From contig CAWCBP010000001.1 of NCBI GenBank assembly GCA_963793865.1, forward strand, positions 832,001-896,000: DNA of 64,000 nucleotides, written 5' to 3'. Every line of letters starts with the position of its first letter. The stretch's first letter is position 1. Origin of the DNA: an uncultured delta proteobacterium. Lineage in GTDB: Bacteria; Desulfobacterota; WTBG01. The notes under the pieces are model-generated. The model was not told the DNA's origin and ran no database searches. It was given only the letters and a program-made list of their open reading frames with translations. Below, one piece after another: positions 41,649-51,642 of the stretch. The translations under genes and the position numbers were made by a program.

Positions 41649-42584
41649 TTAGAATACCAGCATTAATCCGCTCAGTATTTGATAATCATATGCCTTGGGC
41701 TTGGTGGTCGGAACCTCAACCCCGCCGAGCAAATACCAGTTATTTCCCAGATGGGTCCTGAAACCGGGGGTAAGGCTGAGAGAGGTAGTCTTGGAATCAT
41801 CCCGATCATCCACTGCCTGGCTGTAATTGGCGGCGACATACGTGACAAAATCGCCAAAGGGTGCGGCGTCATGCTCGGTGAAATAATAGCCTGCGGCAAA
41901 GTTTCCCACGATTGCGGTACGGGCGCCGGTGTCGCGCTGATTATGTACCGGGATGGCCATTCCCAGCCCGCCGCGCAGCACAAGCCCTTTCCAATGATTT
42001 GTCCAGAACTGGTAATTCGGGGTGAGCACGGCAGAACGGTTCCCGTTATCTTTATCGCCGGTGGGTATGCGAATGGACAGGTTAAAGGATTCGGAGGCCG
42101 CCTTGGTTTCTGATAGAATGATGCGGGGAGTAATTTGCAGGTCGCCAAAGTCGGTATGACCGTCAAAGGAATCAACAAAGGGGACATCAAACTGCACTTC
42201 CAGTCGCCTGCTCAATGGGGCGTACAATGTGAGCCCGCCGGTGTAGCGATCGCCCAGCCGCTCAGCACCGTTTGAATAACCAAAGGTCCCGATGCCGAGG
42301 CGGTAGAAGACACCGTCTGATGCGTTGATCCACCCCTGGCGCGGAGCATAGCCTTCGCCGGTGGGAGGGCTCACCCACGGCTCATTCCAGCCTTCGCTAA
42401 AAAGTGTGTAAATGGACAGTGACTTCCATCGCTCGGGATTGGCATAGACATCACCGGTGAGTGATTCAGCGGCTGCCTGGCAAAAGCCGACCTCCTCAGC
42501 GATGGCGGCTCACGGGACAGAATAAAGCGCTGCCACAACCAGCCCAATAAACAATATCCTGCAAACGCTGCTTCTTCTCTTCAT
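41649..42584 (-). pseudogene. Putative outer-membrane beta-barrel protein with an in-frame TGA at codon 25 (in the signal peptide)
   Basis: aggagg RBS and ATG at 42584, signal peptide MKRRSSVCRILFIGLVVAALYSVP*AAIA, same frame as ORF 41649-42374; amphipathic strands, GD motif, C-terminal Phe. Confidence 0.6.
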
Positions 42585-42715
42585 AGTATCCTCCTTTTCT
42601 GTTAGCTGCATCGTTATAGCACACTTTTAATTTTGCATTCTAATAAATTTGTTATGTTATGTCAACCGTTTCAAATATTTTCTTGGAAAGGGTGGCATAC
42701 TGACGAAATGCCCGG

Positions 42716-43387
42716 TCAGTCATCGCAAAGCGCAGAGAGTTGTTCAGGAAGCATGGCAAGAGAATCGATAATATAGTGAGGCTGTTCCTCGGCAAGATCC
42801 TGCCGGCTGGCGACCCCGGTGGGGATGGCTATTGAGATGACTCCCGCGGATCTGGCGGCGATGATGTCCGCGCGGGAATCGCCGACGAACACGCACGCAT
42901 CAGGCGTGAGGCCCAGATCCAATACGCATTTGATAAGTGATGCCGGGTCAGGCTTGGGCCTGGTTTCTCCGGCAGTGACGACAGCGTCAACCAGGTCGTC
43001 GATTTGTAAATTCCTCAGCTCCCGCCATTTGGAATCTCCCTCCGACATCCTGCCGGTGGCAATGCCTATCTTCTTGCCCTGTTCTTTCAGTTCACCCAAT
43101 ACTTCCTTTGCGTGCGGCTTGAGGGTGATGTGTTCCGCCGAAAGGGCGATGAATTCGTTTCTCATCTCCTTCATGAACCCAGCCCTCGCTTCAGCGCTCA
43201 GGTGAGGGTAGGTTCTGTGCAGCATCTGATCGAGTGAAATAAATTGATTCATCAGATCGGTCATTTCGCGGAGGTCAATCGGCAGCAGGCGGTGCCGGTC
43301 CACCGTCCGGTTGAAGGCCATGGTATATGCAGTAAGTGAATCAATCAGTGTCCCGTCCAGGTCGAAAATGACGCCGTTAAGTCTCAT
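42716..43387 (-). CDS. HAD-superfamily hydrolase (phosphoglycolate phosphatase-like)
   Basis: IFDLDGTLIDS, ATG, KPDP, VGDS..D. Confidence 0.9.
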   Translation of the reverse strand: MRLNGVIFDLDGTLIDSLTAYTMAFNRTVDRHRLLPIDLREMTDLMNQFISLDQMLHRTYPHLSAEARAGFMKEMRNEFIALSAEHITLKPHAKEVLGELKEQGKKIGIATGRMSEGDSKWRELRNLQIDDLVDAVVTAGETRPKPDPASLIKCVLDLGLTPDACVFVGDSRADIIAARSAGVISIAIPTGVASRQDLAEEQPHYIIDSLAMLPEQLSALCDD

Positions 43388-43404
43388 TCATCAATCATCC
43401 TTTA

Positions 43405-44685
43405 TCATGCATCGGCTTGCGCGGAAGCCGTCAGTGTCCACGCTTCATCAGGGTATGCTTTCAGGGCGCGTATCCGCTGGAGCACCGGGGGATGGCTGTA
43501 GCTGAGAAATACTTTAACGGGATGGGGGGTTAAATTGGAGAGGTTGTCAACGGTCAGTTTTTTCAGGGCGGCGATCATGGACGACGGCTTTTTGTAGGTT
43601 GGGCGCCGCGTAGGCGTCAGCCTCGAATTCATATTTTCTCGACAGGATTTTTCCCGCGATGGAAAGTAGCAGGGAAATGGGGGTGTAGAGAAAAGCGAAG
43701 AAGAAGAGGCTGGCATATATGGATGTGTGCTCCATTTGAAATGCGCTGAACAACCCCCGGTTGTTAATGAAACAGGGATAGAATAAAAAACATGAGTCCG
43801 GTGGTAAGGATTGAAAGCAGAAGGGATTTTACAATGTGCCGCTTTTTATAGTGGCCCATTTCATGGGCGAGAATTGAAACCAGCTCGCCCACGGTATGTT
43901 TTTTAACCAGGGTGTCGTAGAGTACGATCCTGCGGTATTTACCGAACCCGATGAAGAAGGCGTTGGACTTGGCTGAGCGCCGGGAAGCATCCATGACGAA
44001 AACGCCCCTCAAGGCAAAATTATGCTCCCGTGCGTAGCGGAGTATCGCATCTTTCAGTTCGCCGTCCTCCAGCGGGTAAAATTTATTGAAGAGAGGAAGA
44101 ATGATTATCGGAGCCAGGTAGGTAATGATGAGCTGAAAGATGACCACCGCCAGCCAGCAGTAGACCCAGGCGAAGGCCCCGGTTTGTTCAAAAAACCAGA
44201 GTATGCAGGAGAAGATGATGCCTCCGATGAGCAGGGTCAAGAAGCCAGCTCTTGAGAATATCCAGGACAAAGGTTTTCGGGGTGGTTCGATTGAATCCGT
44301 ATTTTTCCTCAATGACAAAGGTGCTGTAGATGGAGGGGGGAATGGAGAGCAGCTGTGAGGCCAGCATGAGCATCCCCGCGAAAATAAGGCCGGTGGGAAT
44401 GGGGCCCCAGCCGAAACTCCGGGCAGCCAGGTCCACCAGATTAAAACCCCCCAGGAGAATGAAGGCGACGGTGATGGGCGTGGTAATCGCATCCACCAGC
44501 AAACGAAACCGGGTGTTCTCCCTCAGGTAGTCCTGTGATTTCCGGTAGCGCTCCGCGTCATACCATCCTTCGAATTCTTCCGGCAGGGTTGTGCTCAGGT
44601 GCCTCATGTTGAGCGAATCAACCACAAGCCCCAGGATGAAATCGCCGGCGATGATAAGCAGAATGATGACCAGGTATGAGTTCAA
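43405..44685 (-). CDS. M48 family (Ste24-like) zinc metallopeptidase, broken by three single-base insertions (~44241, ~43769, ~43602)
   Basis: FVIEEKYGFN, PLFNKF.PL, SNAFF.G, AHEMGH (HExxH), EFEADAYA, NLTPHP..YSHPP..RI spread over four successive frames. Confidence 0.88.
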
Positions 44686-44767
44686 TTCCTCAATCTCTTT
44701 CGGATATTAAATTAAGCTAACGAGTATCGACCTCAAAGTTCATACATAAGTAATCAGTGACATACAC

Positions 44768-44908
44768 TGTCATTCGAGGCGCAGCCGAAGCAATCTCCTG
44801 CTTTATAACATGTGCATTGATTGTATAAGATTCTTCGTCGGCTTTTACTCCTGAGCTGATAACACAAGATTCTGTCATTGCGCGCAGAATGACAAGCGGC
44901 AATCTCGT
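44768..44908. repeat. Cluster of degenerate palindromic repeats (gtcatt...gcaatctc type)
   Basis: gtcattcgaggcgcagccgaagcaatctc, agattcttcgtcg.. and gtcattgcgcgcagaatgacaagcggcaatctc. Confidence 0.55.
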
Positions 44909-45014
44909 TATTGGACAAAGAGGGTATCCTCCTCATATAAGATACATTGATCTCATCGGTGAAAGGGGCGACCGTCGATCCATAAGCTTATCAGCCGTAA
45001 TAAAAGTCAACCTT

Positions 45015-46113
45015 TCAACGAGGCATCATCAGGAATGCAGTGATAAACTGATCAATGTCGCCGTCAAGGACCGCGTCCACATTGCCCATTTCCAGGTTGG
45101 TGCGGTGATCCTTCACCAGCCGGTAGGGCTGCAGCACGTATGATCGTATCTGGCTGCCCCAGGCAATAGCCTTCTTCGAGCTGTGCAGCTCATCAATCTT
45201 CTTTGCCTGCTCCTTGAGCTGCTCTTCGTACAGGCGGGCCTTTAAGACCTTCATGGCCATGGCCTTGTTTTTATGCTGGGAGCGCTCGTTCTGGCACTGG
45301 GCCACTATGCCGGTCGGCAGATGGGTAATTCTCACGGCGGAATCGGTTTTGTTGACATGCTGGCCGCCGGCTCCGCTGGATCTGAAGGTGTCAATGCGCA
45401 GCTCGGATTCGTCGATATCGACCACAATTTCGTCCTCGATGTCGGGATAAATAAAAACCGAGGCGAAGGAGGTATGCCGCCGCTTGCCGGCATCGTAGGG
45501 CGAGATGCGCACCAGGCGGTGAATGCCCGCCTCGGCCTTGAGATAGCCGTAGCTGTAATCGCCGGTGACCGAAAAGGTGACATTTTTTATCCCCGCTTCA
45601 TCGCCGGCGAGAATTTCAATTATCTCCGCCTTGAGGCCCTTTTTTTCCGCCCACCGCAGGTACATGCGCAGCAGCATTTCCGCCCAGTCCTGGGCCTCTG
45701 TTCCCCCCGCGCCGGCATTGATGTTCACGAAGGCATTGTTAATATCATGCTCTTCCTTGAGCATGTGCCGGAATTCAACTTCGGCTACCGCTTTTTCAAT
45801 CGCTGTAAGGTTGGCTTCTATTTCCCGGGCTACCGCCTCATCGTTTTCTTCGCGGGCAAGTTCAAGCAGAATCAGGTTGTCTTCACATTGCGCATGAAGG
45901 TGCTTCCATGTGTCGAGAACCGTGCTTACCACCTTTCTTTCCTTTAAAAGGGTCCGGGCCAGCGCGTTGTCATCCCAGAAGTCCGGCTGCTCTATTTTTT
46001 TCCCCAGTTCGCAGAACCGTTTTTCCTGGTCGTCTACTTCAAAGATAACCTCTTAATCCGTTTATTTTATTGGTTATTTCCTGCAACCGGGATTCAAGAT
46101 CATTAAAAGACAT
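45015..46113 (-). CDS. prfB: Peptide chain release factor 2 with programmed +1 frameshift at codon 24 (CTT TGA, 46044-46039)
   Basis: ggagg RBS, MSFNDLESRLQEITNKINGLRGYL* then +1 frame EVDDQEK..FWDD..; GAGGTEAQDW, ISPY, GGQ, WGSQIRSYV; 365 aa total. Confidence 0.97.
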
Positions 46114-46178
46114 TGTACCTCCTTCGACTGTTTGCCATCACAAATGTACGGATACGATACTTTATTTGAACCCATTTA

Positions 46179-47708
46179 TCAAATTGATTTTACAAACGAT
46201 TTTTTGACGGCCGCCGCCAGCAGCATCATGGCCGCAAAGGTGATTGAAATTGCGAAAACGTCCCCGTATCTTGTGTACAGGGTGGTGAGCTGAAGAGGGC
46301 TTACGCTGCCGATCAAAGAAGCCTCGGAGAAGACGGCGCTTGCCGCCTCTATTTCACCGAGGGGAGATATAATGCCGCTGATCCCGGTATTGGCCGCCCT
46401 GGCGATATACCGTTTGTTTTCAATTGCCCTGACAACCGCCATGGAAAAATGCTGATAAGGGGCGCTGGTGTTGCCGAACCATGCATCATTGGTGATGTTG
46501 ACCAGAAAGTCCGCCCCCTGTTTCACGAAGCGCCGGGTGAGATCGGGGAAGATAATTTCATAGCAGATGAGCACACCGAAATCAGAGTCCGGCAGCGGCA
46601 TCAGGGAAATGCTTTTACCCGGCCTGAAGTCTCCGATCCCCTCGACCATTTTATCCACAAAAAAGAAGAGCCCTTTCAGGGGGACGTATTCGCCGTAGGG
46701 GACAAGATGCATTTTGTCATACCGCCCCGCGATGCCTGCATCGGGGGAAAGCAGAAAGGCGCTGTTAAAGCTGATGAGACGCCTGTTTTCCGCCGCGAAC
46801 GCGGGACTTCCGATGAGAAGATACGCATCCCGGTTTCGGATGAGATCGAACAATGCCTGCTGATAGTATGGCTCATTTTGAAAGTAGAACGGTGTGGCCG
46901 ATTCCGGCCAGATGACCAGCTTTGCCCCCGCCTCCAGCGCGCTTCGGGTTAATGCCCGGTGTCTGTTGAGGGTCTCATCCAAAAAGTTCTTGTCCCACTT
47001 TATGTCCTGCGCGACGTTGCCCTGGACCAGGCCGACATCAATCGGAGATGATGCAGGGGACAGCACTGAGACTTCCTGAATCCTGAACCTGCCATAAAGA
47101 AATATTGCAGCCAGCATGGCAATGGTCAGCGCAACGGATCTCCAGGGAATCCTTGTGAGGGCAATGCCCCGAATGAGCAGGTACACCGCCGCATTGACCC
47201 AGACGACTAAAAAACTGATGCCGTACACGCCGGTAATGTCCGCGCATTGCATGAGCGTCAGTTGCCGATACTGGGAATAGCCGAGATTCTCCCAGGGGAA
47301 ACCGCTGAAGAGAAAGGAGCGCGCGTATTCCAGCGCCACCCAGAAGAAAGGAAGCAGCAGCGGAAAGGGAAGGGAGGATTTTACCTCCACGAAACGGGCC
47401 AGGGCGAAGGAAACTCCCATGTACAGGGCCAGATAACCGGAGAGCAGAAGCATGAGCACGATTCCCACCGGATAGGGAAGCTTGCCGTAGGTGGTGGTAA
47501 CCACCACAATCCAGTAGATAAGGCCGGTGTAGAAAAGAAAGCCGGACAGCCACCCCAGAAGAAAGCATCGGTACGTGCTCCTGCCTTCCATGATGTAGAT
47601 GAGCGGGACCAGGGCGAACCAGATGCAAAACGGCTGTTCAATCCCGGGAAAGCTCATGACCAGCAGGAATGCAGAGGTGACGATCAGAAAAAATGTTTTT
47701 GTGCGCAT
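46179..47708 (-). CDS. lnt: Apolipoprotein N-acyltransferase
   Basis: GFPW, VQGNV, IWPES, YDKMHLVPYGEY, ICYEI, TNDAWF, RAANTGIS; usual lnt-prfB order. Confidence 0.96.
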   Translation of the reverse strand: MRTKTFFLIVTSAFLLVMSFPGIEQPFCIWFALVPLIYIMEGRSTYRCFLLGWLSGFLFYTGLIYWIVVVTTTYGKLPYPVGIVLMLLLSGYLALYMGVSFALARFVEVKSSLPFPLLLPFFWVALEYARSFLFSGFPWENLGYSQYRQLTLMQCADITGVYGISFLVVWVNAAVYLLIRGIALTRIPWRSVALTIAMLAAIFLYGRFRIQEVSVLSPASSPIDVGLVQGNVAQDIKWDKNFLDETLNRHRALTRSALEAGAKLVIWPESATPFYFQNEPYYQQALFDLIRNRDAYLLIGSPAFAAENRRLISFNSAFLLSPDAGIAGRYDKMHLVPYGEYVPLKGLFFFVDKMVEGIGDFRPGKSISLMPLPDSDFGVLICYEIIFPDLTRRFVKQGADFLVNITNDAWFGNTSAPYQHFSMAVVRAIENKRYIARAANTGISGIISPLGEIEAASAVFSEASLIGSVSPLQLTTLYTRYGDVFAISITFAAMMLLAAAVKKSFVKSI

Positions 47709-47885
47709 ATGCTCATGTGTGCGTGAATAATGTGAACAACGCCGGAGCGGATACAGGTGCACCAACCCGGGCAGCGTGACGGCCGGTGACTCTCGGCCTG
47801 CTCATAATAGCAGCAAAAAAATACCGGTCAAATAAAATCTCAAAATCACTGCGGGCGGTTCCATGAGCGCCGGGGGTAATTTCAA

Positions 47886-47914
47886 TTGACAATTGCAGGT
47901 GGCGATTTTAATAT
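47886..47914 (+). promoter_or_regulatory. Putative sigma70 promoter for acyl-CoA ligase-purB
   Basis: TTGACA-17 nt-TAATAT. Confidence 0.55.
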
Positions 47915-47962
47915 GGTCAACGTTTCAAAGCGACAGCATCCATCAGAGGAGACGGATAGAGC

Positions 47963-49621
47963 TTGAATAAACTGTGGGAAAATCATTATACAGCGGAGGT
48001 GCCCGGCACTCTTTCGTATCCGGATAACCCCATCGATCACTTTTTGCGCGAGAGCGCCCGGTCGTTTCCGGATCGCCCCGCCCTCATTTTTGAGGGAGCC
48101 AGGATCAGCTACCGAAGTCTTGACGCGCAGGTTGACGGCTGTGCCGCAGGGCTGCATAAGCTCGGCGTGAGGAAGGGCGACCGGGTCGCCCTGCTGCTGC
48201 CGAACTGTCCTCCCGCGGTCATTTCCTTCTACGCCATCTTCAGGCTGGGGGCGATTGCCGTTCCGATTAACCCCCTGTATCAGGAGCGGGAGATTGCAAA
48301 GCAGATTGAAGACGCCGGTGCCCGCGTGCTGATTACCCTGGACCTTTTTTCCGCCCGCGCACAGGCGGTGATGGGCCGGTCGCCCGGCAGCATCTGCGTC
48401 GTCGGCGCGGTTTCGGATTATCTCCCGGCGCTGAAGAAAATGGTCTATCCCCTGCTCAAGCCGAAAGAGGGCGGTGCGGCACGGCGTGAGCGGAGCTGCG
48501 AAACGGTTGTATTTCGCGATCTCATGCTGCAGCGGTCGCCGCCGGCGACCGAAATCGCCCCTGGAGACATAGCCATTCTACAGTACACGGGCGGTACCAC
48601 CGGCATCTCCAAAGGCGCGGAGCTCACCCATGGCAATATTGTGTCCAACACCGCGCAGATGGCTGCATGGTATTACATCATCAGGCGAGGCCGTGAAGTA
48701 TTCCTGACGGTACTGCCGCTATTCCACACCTATGGGATTGCCGTGTGCATGAATCTTTCGATTGCCACTGCCGGCTCCATGGTGCTGATTCCCCGCTTCG
48801 CACCGCGGGACGTGCTCAAGGCCATCAAGGAATACGGTGTCACCTTTTTTCCGGGCATACCTGGTATTTATGCTGCGCTGAACAATTATCGGGACATCGA
48901 AAAATGGGATATCTCTTCGGTCAGGTACTGCGTCTCCGGATCGGCCCCGCTTCCGGTGCAGGTGCTGAAGGATTTTGAAAGACGAACCGGCGGGATCATT
49001 TTGGAGGGCTATGGTCTCACCGAAGCCTCCCCGGTCACCCATTCCAACCCGGTGCACCGGGAACGGAAGGCGGGGAGCATCGGTCTTCCCCTGGCCGATA
49101 CCGACTGCAAAATTGTCGACCTGACTGACGGCTCCCGCGAAGTGGAGGTGGGAGAGGCCGGCGAGCTGTGCATCAGGGGGCCGCAGGTGATGAAGGGCTA
49201 CTGGCGCAATCCGGATGAAACAGCCCGGGCGCTGAGAGACGGCTGGCTTCATACCGGGGATATCGCGCGGATGGATACGGAAGGGTACTTTTATATCGTG
49301 GAGCGAAAGAAAGACATGATCATTTCCGAGGGATTCAATGTTTATCCCAACGAAATCGACGAGGTGGTGCTGATGCATCCCCTGGTTGCCGATGCCGGCG
49401 CGGTAGGAGTTCCGGACAGCCTGCGGGGGGAAAAGGTGGTTCTCTTCGTTGTTCTCAAGGAGGGAATGCAGGCATCACAGGATGAGCTGCTCGCATACTG
49501 CCGGGAACACCTGGCGAAGTACAAGGTGCCAAAAAAAATCATCTTTAAAAGTGAATTGCCGAAGACAGCGGTGGGAAAAGTTTTGCGGCGGACATTGCGG
49601 GATGAGGCCATGCTCTCGTGA
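47963..49621 (+). CDS. Long-chain fatty acid-CoA ligase (FadD/LcfA-like)
   Basis: QYTGGTTGISKG, EGYGLTE, GWLHTGD, RKKDMI, LPKTAVGK. Confidence 0.92.
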   Translation: MNKLWENHYTAEVPGTLSYPDNPIDHFLRESARSFPDRPALIFEGARISYRSLDAQVDGCAAGLHKLGVRKGDRVALLLPNCPPAVISFYAIFRLGAIAVPINPLYQEREIAKQIEDAGARVLITLDLFSARAQAVMGRSPGSICVVGAVSDYLPALKKMVYPLLKPKEGGAARRERSCETVVFRDLMLQRSPPATEIAPGDIAILQYTGGTTGISKGAELTHGNIVSNTAQMAAWYYIIRRGREVFLTVLPLFHTYGIAVCMNLSIATAGSMVLIPRFAPRDVLKAIKEYGVTFFPGIPGIYAALNNYRDIEKWDISSVRYCVSGSAPLPVQVLKDFERRTGGIILEGYGLTEASPVTHSNPVHRERKAGSIGLPLADTDCKIVDLTDGSREVEVGEAGELCIRGPQVMKGYWRNPDETARALRDGWLHTGDIARMDTEGYFYIVERKKDMIISEGFNVYPNEIDEVVLMHPLVADAGAVGVPDSLRGEKVVLFVVLKEGMQASQDELLAYCREHLAKYKVPKKIIFKSELPKTAVGKVLRRTLRDEAMLS

Positions 49622-49669
49622 TGCGTGGTCGCATTCATCAGGTTTACAGCTGCCAAAGGGGGAGTGCCG

Positions 49670-50995
49670 ATGATTGAGCGCTACAGCAGGGAAGAGATGG
49701 CCCGAATATGGAGGGCCGAAAACAGGTTCCGAAAATGGCTTGATGTTGAGCTGTGCGTCTGTGAAGCGCTTAACCGCCTGGGGAAAATCCCCGATGCCTC
49801 GTGGAAGACCATTAAGAAAAAGGCCTCCTTTGACGTGGCCCGCATTGACGCCATTGAGGCAGAAACCAAGCATGACGTCATCGCCTTTCTCACCAGCGTG
49901 GGGGAGCATGTCGGACCCGATGCGCGGTACATTCATCTGGGACTGACCTCATCGGATATCCTGGATACGGCCTTTTCGCTGCAGCTGCGCGAGGCGGCGG
50001 ACCTGATACTAAAGGACATGGAGCGGCTGCTTGCGGTTCTCGAGACAAAGGCCCGGGAGCACAAAAATACGGTGATGATCGGTCGGACGCACGGCATCCA
50101 CGCTGAGCCGATTACCTTCGGCCTGAAAATGGCACTCTGGTATGAAGAGATGAAGAGACATCGTGAGCGGATGCAGGCCGCCAGGGAATCGATCAGCTAT
50201 GGCAAGATTTCCGGCGCGGTCGGCACCTATGCCCACGTGCCGCCCTCGGTGGAGGAATACGTGTGCCGGAAGCTCATGTTGAAGCCCGACCCGGTGTCGA
50301 CGCAGATTATTCAGCGGGACCGGCACGCGCACTATTTTACCACCCTCGCCCTCATCGCCAGCTCGCTCGATCGCTTTGCCCAGGAGATCAGGCACCTGCA
50401 GCGGACCGAGGTAAGCGAGGCCGAGGAATATTTTTCGCCGGGCCAGAAGGGATCGTCGGCAATGCCCCACAAGCGCAACCCCATACTCTCGGAAAATGTC
50501 TCCGGGCTTGCCCGCCTGGTTCGAGGCTACGCGCTCACCGCGCTGGAAAACGTCCCGCTCTGGCACGAGCGGGACATCAGCCACAGCTCGGCGGAGCGGG
50601 TCATCGGGCCGGACAGCACCATCGTGATTGATTTCATGCTTAATCGCTTTACCCGGCTGATCGACGGGCTGGTGATTTATCCCCACCGGATGAAGCGGAA
50701 CCTGGAGCTTACCAACGGCATCTTTTACTCCCAGACCATAATGCTGATGCTGGTCGATAAAGGGATGAGCAGGGAAGATGCCTACCGCCTGGTGCAGAAA
50801 ATCGCCCACCGGGCATGGGACACCGGCCGGGACTTTGTGCCGCTCGTGCTCAAGGACCGGGAGATCATGACGCATCTCAACCGCAAGGAGATAGAGCGGA
50901 CCTGCACGCTGGAACGGCATCTGCAAGCGGTCGACGGGATTTTCAAGCGGGTGTTTAAGCACACGCGCTCAACCGGGCAGAAAATGAAAAAATGA
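49670..50995 (+). CDS. purB: Adenylosuccinate lyase
   Basis: MIERYS, HDVIAF, GLTSSD, GRTHG, GSSAMPHKRNP, ERDISHS. Confidence 0.97.
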   Translation: MIERYSREEMARIWRAENRFRKWLDVELCVCEALNRLGKIPDASWKTIKKKASFDVARIDAIEAETKHDVIAFLTSVGEHVGPDARYIHLGLTSSDILDTAFSLQLREAADLILKDMERLLAVLETKAREHKNTVMIGRTHGIHAEPITFGLKMALWYEEMKRHRERMQAARESISYGKISGAVGTYAHVPPSVEEYVCRKLMLKPDPVSTQIIQRDRHAHYFTTLALIASSLDRFAQEIRHLQRTEVSEAEEYFSPGQKGSSAMPHKRNPILSENVSGLARLVRGYALTALENVPLWHERDISHSSAERVIGPDSTIVIDFMLNRFTRLIDGLVIYPHRMKRNLELTNGIFYSQTIMLMLVDKGMSREDAYRLVQKIAHRAWDTGRDFVPLVLKDREIMTHLNRKEIERTCTLERHLQAVDGIFKRVFKHTRSTGQKMKK

Positions 50996-51024
50996 ATCGG
51001 CAATTGGCCGGGCGGGTGTAAGCC

Positions 51025-51642
51025 ATGAAGCAGGCGGTGTTTCTTGACCGGGACGGGGTCATATGCAGGGAAGAGGGATATATAAGCGATCCCCGCCGGC
51101 TGCAGCTGCTTCCCGGCTCCGGGGATGCCATACGCCTTTTTAACCGGAACGCGCTTACCGCCGTGGTTATCACCAACCAGTCGGGGGTTGCGCGCGGATT
51201 TTTCCCTGAAGAGGCGATTGCGGACATGAACCTCGCCATGAAGGAGCTATTGAAAGAGTACGGGGCCTGCCTGGACGGTATCTATTATTGTCCCCATCAT
51301 CCTGAGGGCATTATAGAACCCTATCGAAAAGAGTGCGACTGCAGGAAGCCGGCCGCGGGATTGCTGATGCGCGCTGCACGGGATCACGGCATTGACCTCT
51401 CCCGCTCCTACCTGGTGGGCGATAAGCGCACCGATTTGGAGTGCGCCTGCCGCGCCGGGGTCAAAGGGATACTGGTGCTTACCGGCTATGGCGCTGAAGA
51501 ATACAGGCTCATGCCCCCGGATCCGGAAGCGAAACCGGTCTATGTGGCGGAGGACCTGCTGGACGCGGCCCGATGGCTCATACATGATATCCGGTCACCG
51601 AACCATGAAGATACTGATAGTCAAGCTGAGTGCCATCGGTGA
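51025..51642 (+). CDS. gmhB: D,D-heptose 1,7-bisphosphate phosphatase
   Basis: FLDRDGV, TNQSGVARG, CPHHP, CDCRKP, VGDK..D. Confidence 0.9.
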   Translation: MKQAVFLDRDGVICREEGYISDPRRLQLLPGSGDAIRLFNRNALTAVVITNQSGVARGFFPEEAIADMNLAMKELLKEYGACLDGIYYCPHHPEGIIEPYRKECDCRKPAAGLLMRAARDHGIDLSRSYLVGDKRTDLECACRAGVKGILVLTGYGAEEYRLMPPDPEAKPVYVAEDLLDAARWLIHDIRSPNHEDTDSQAECHR

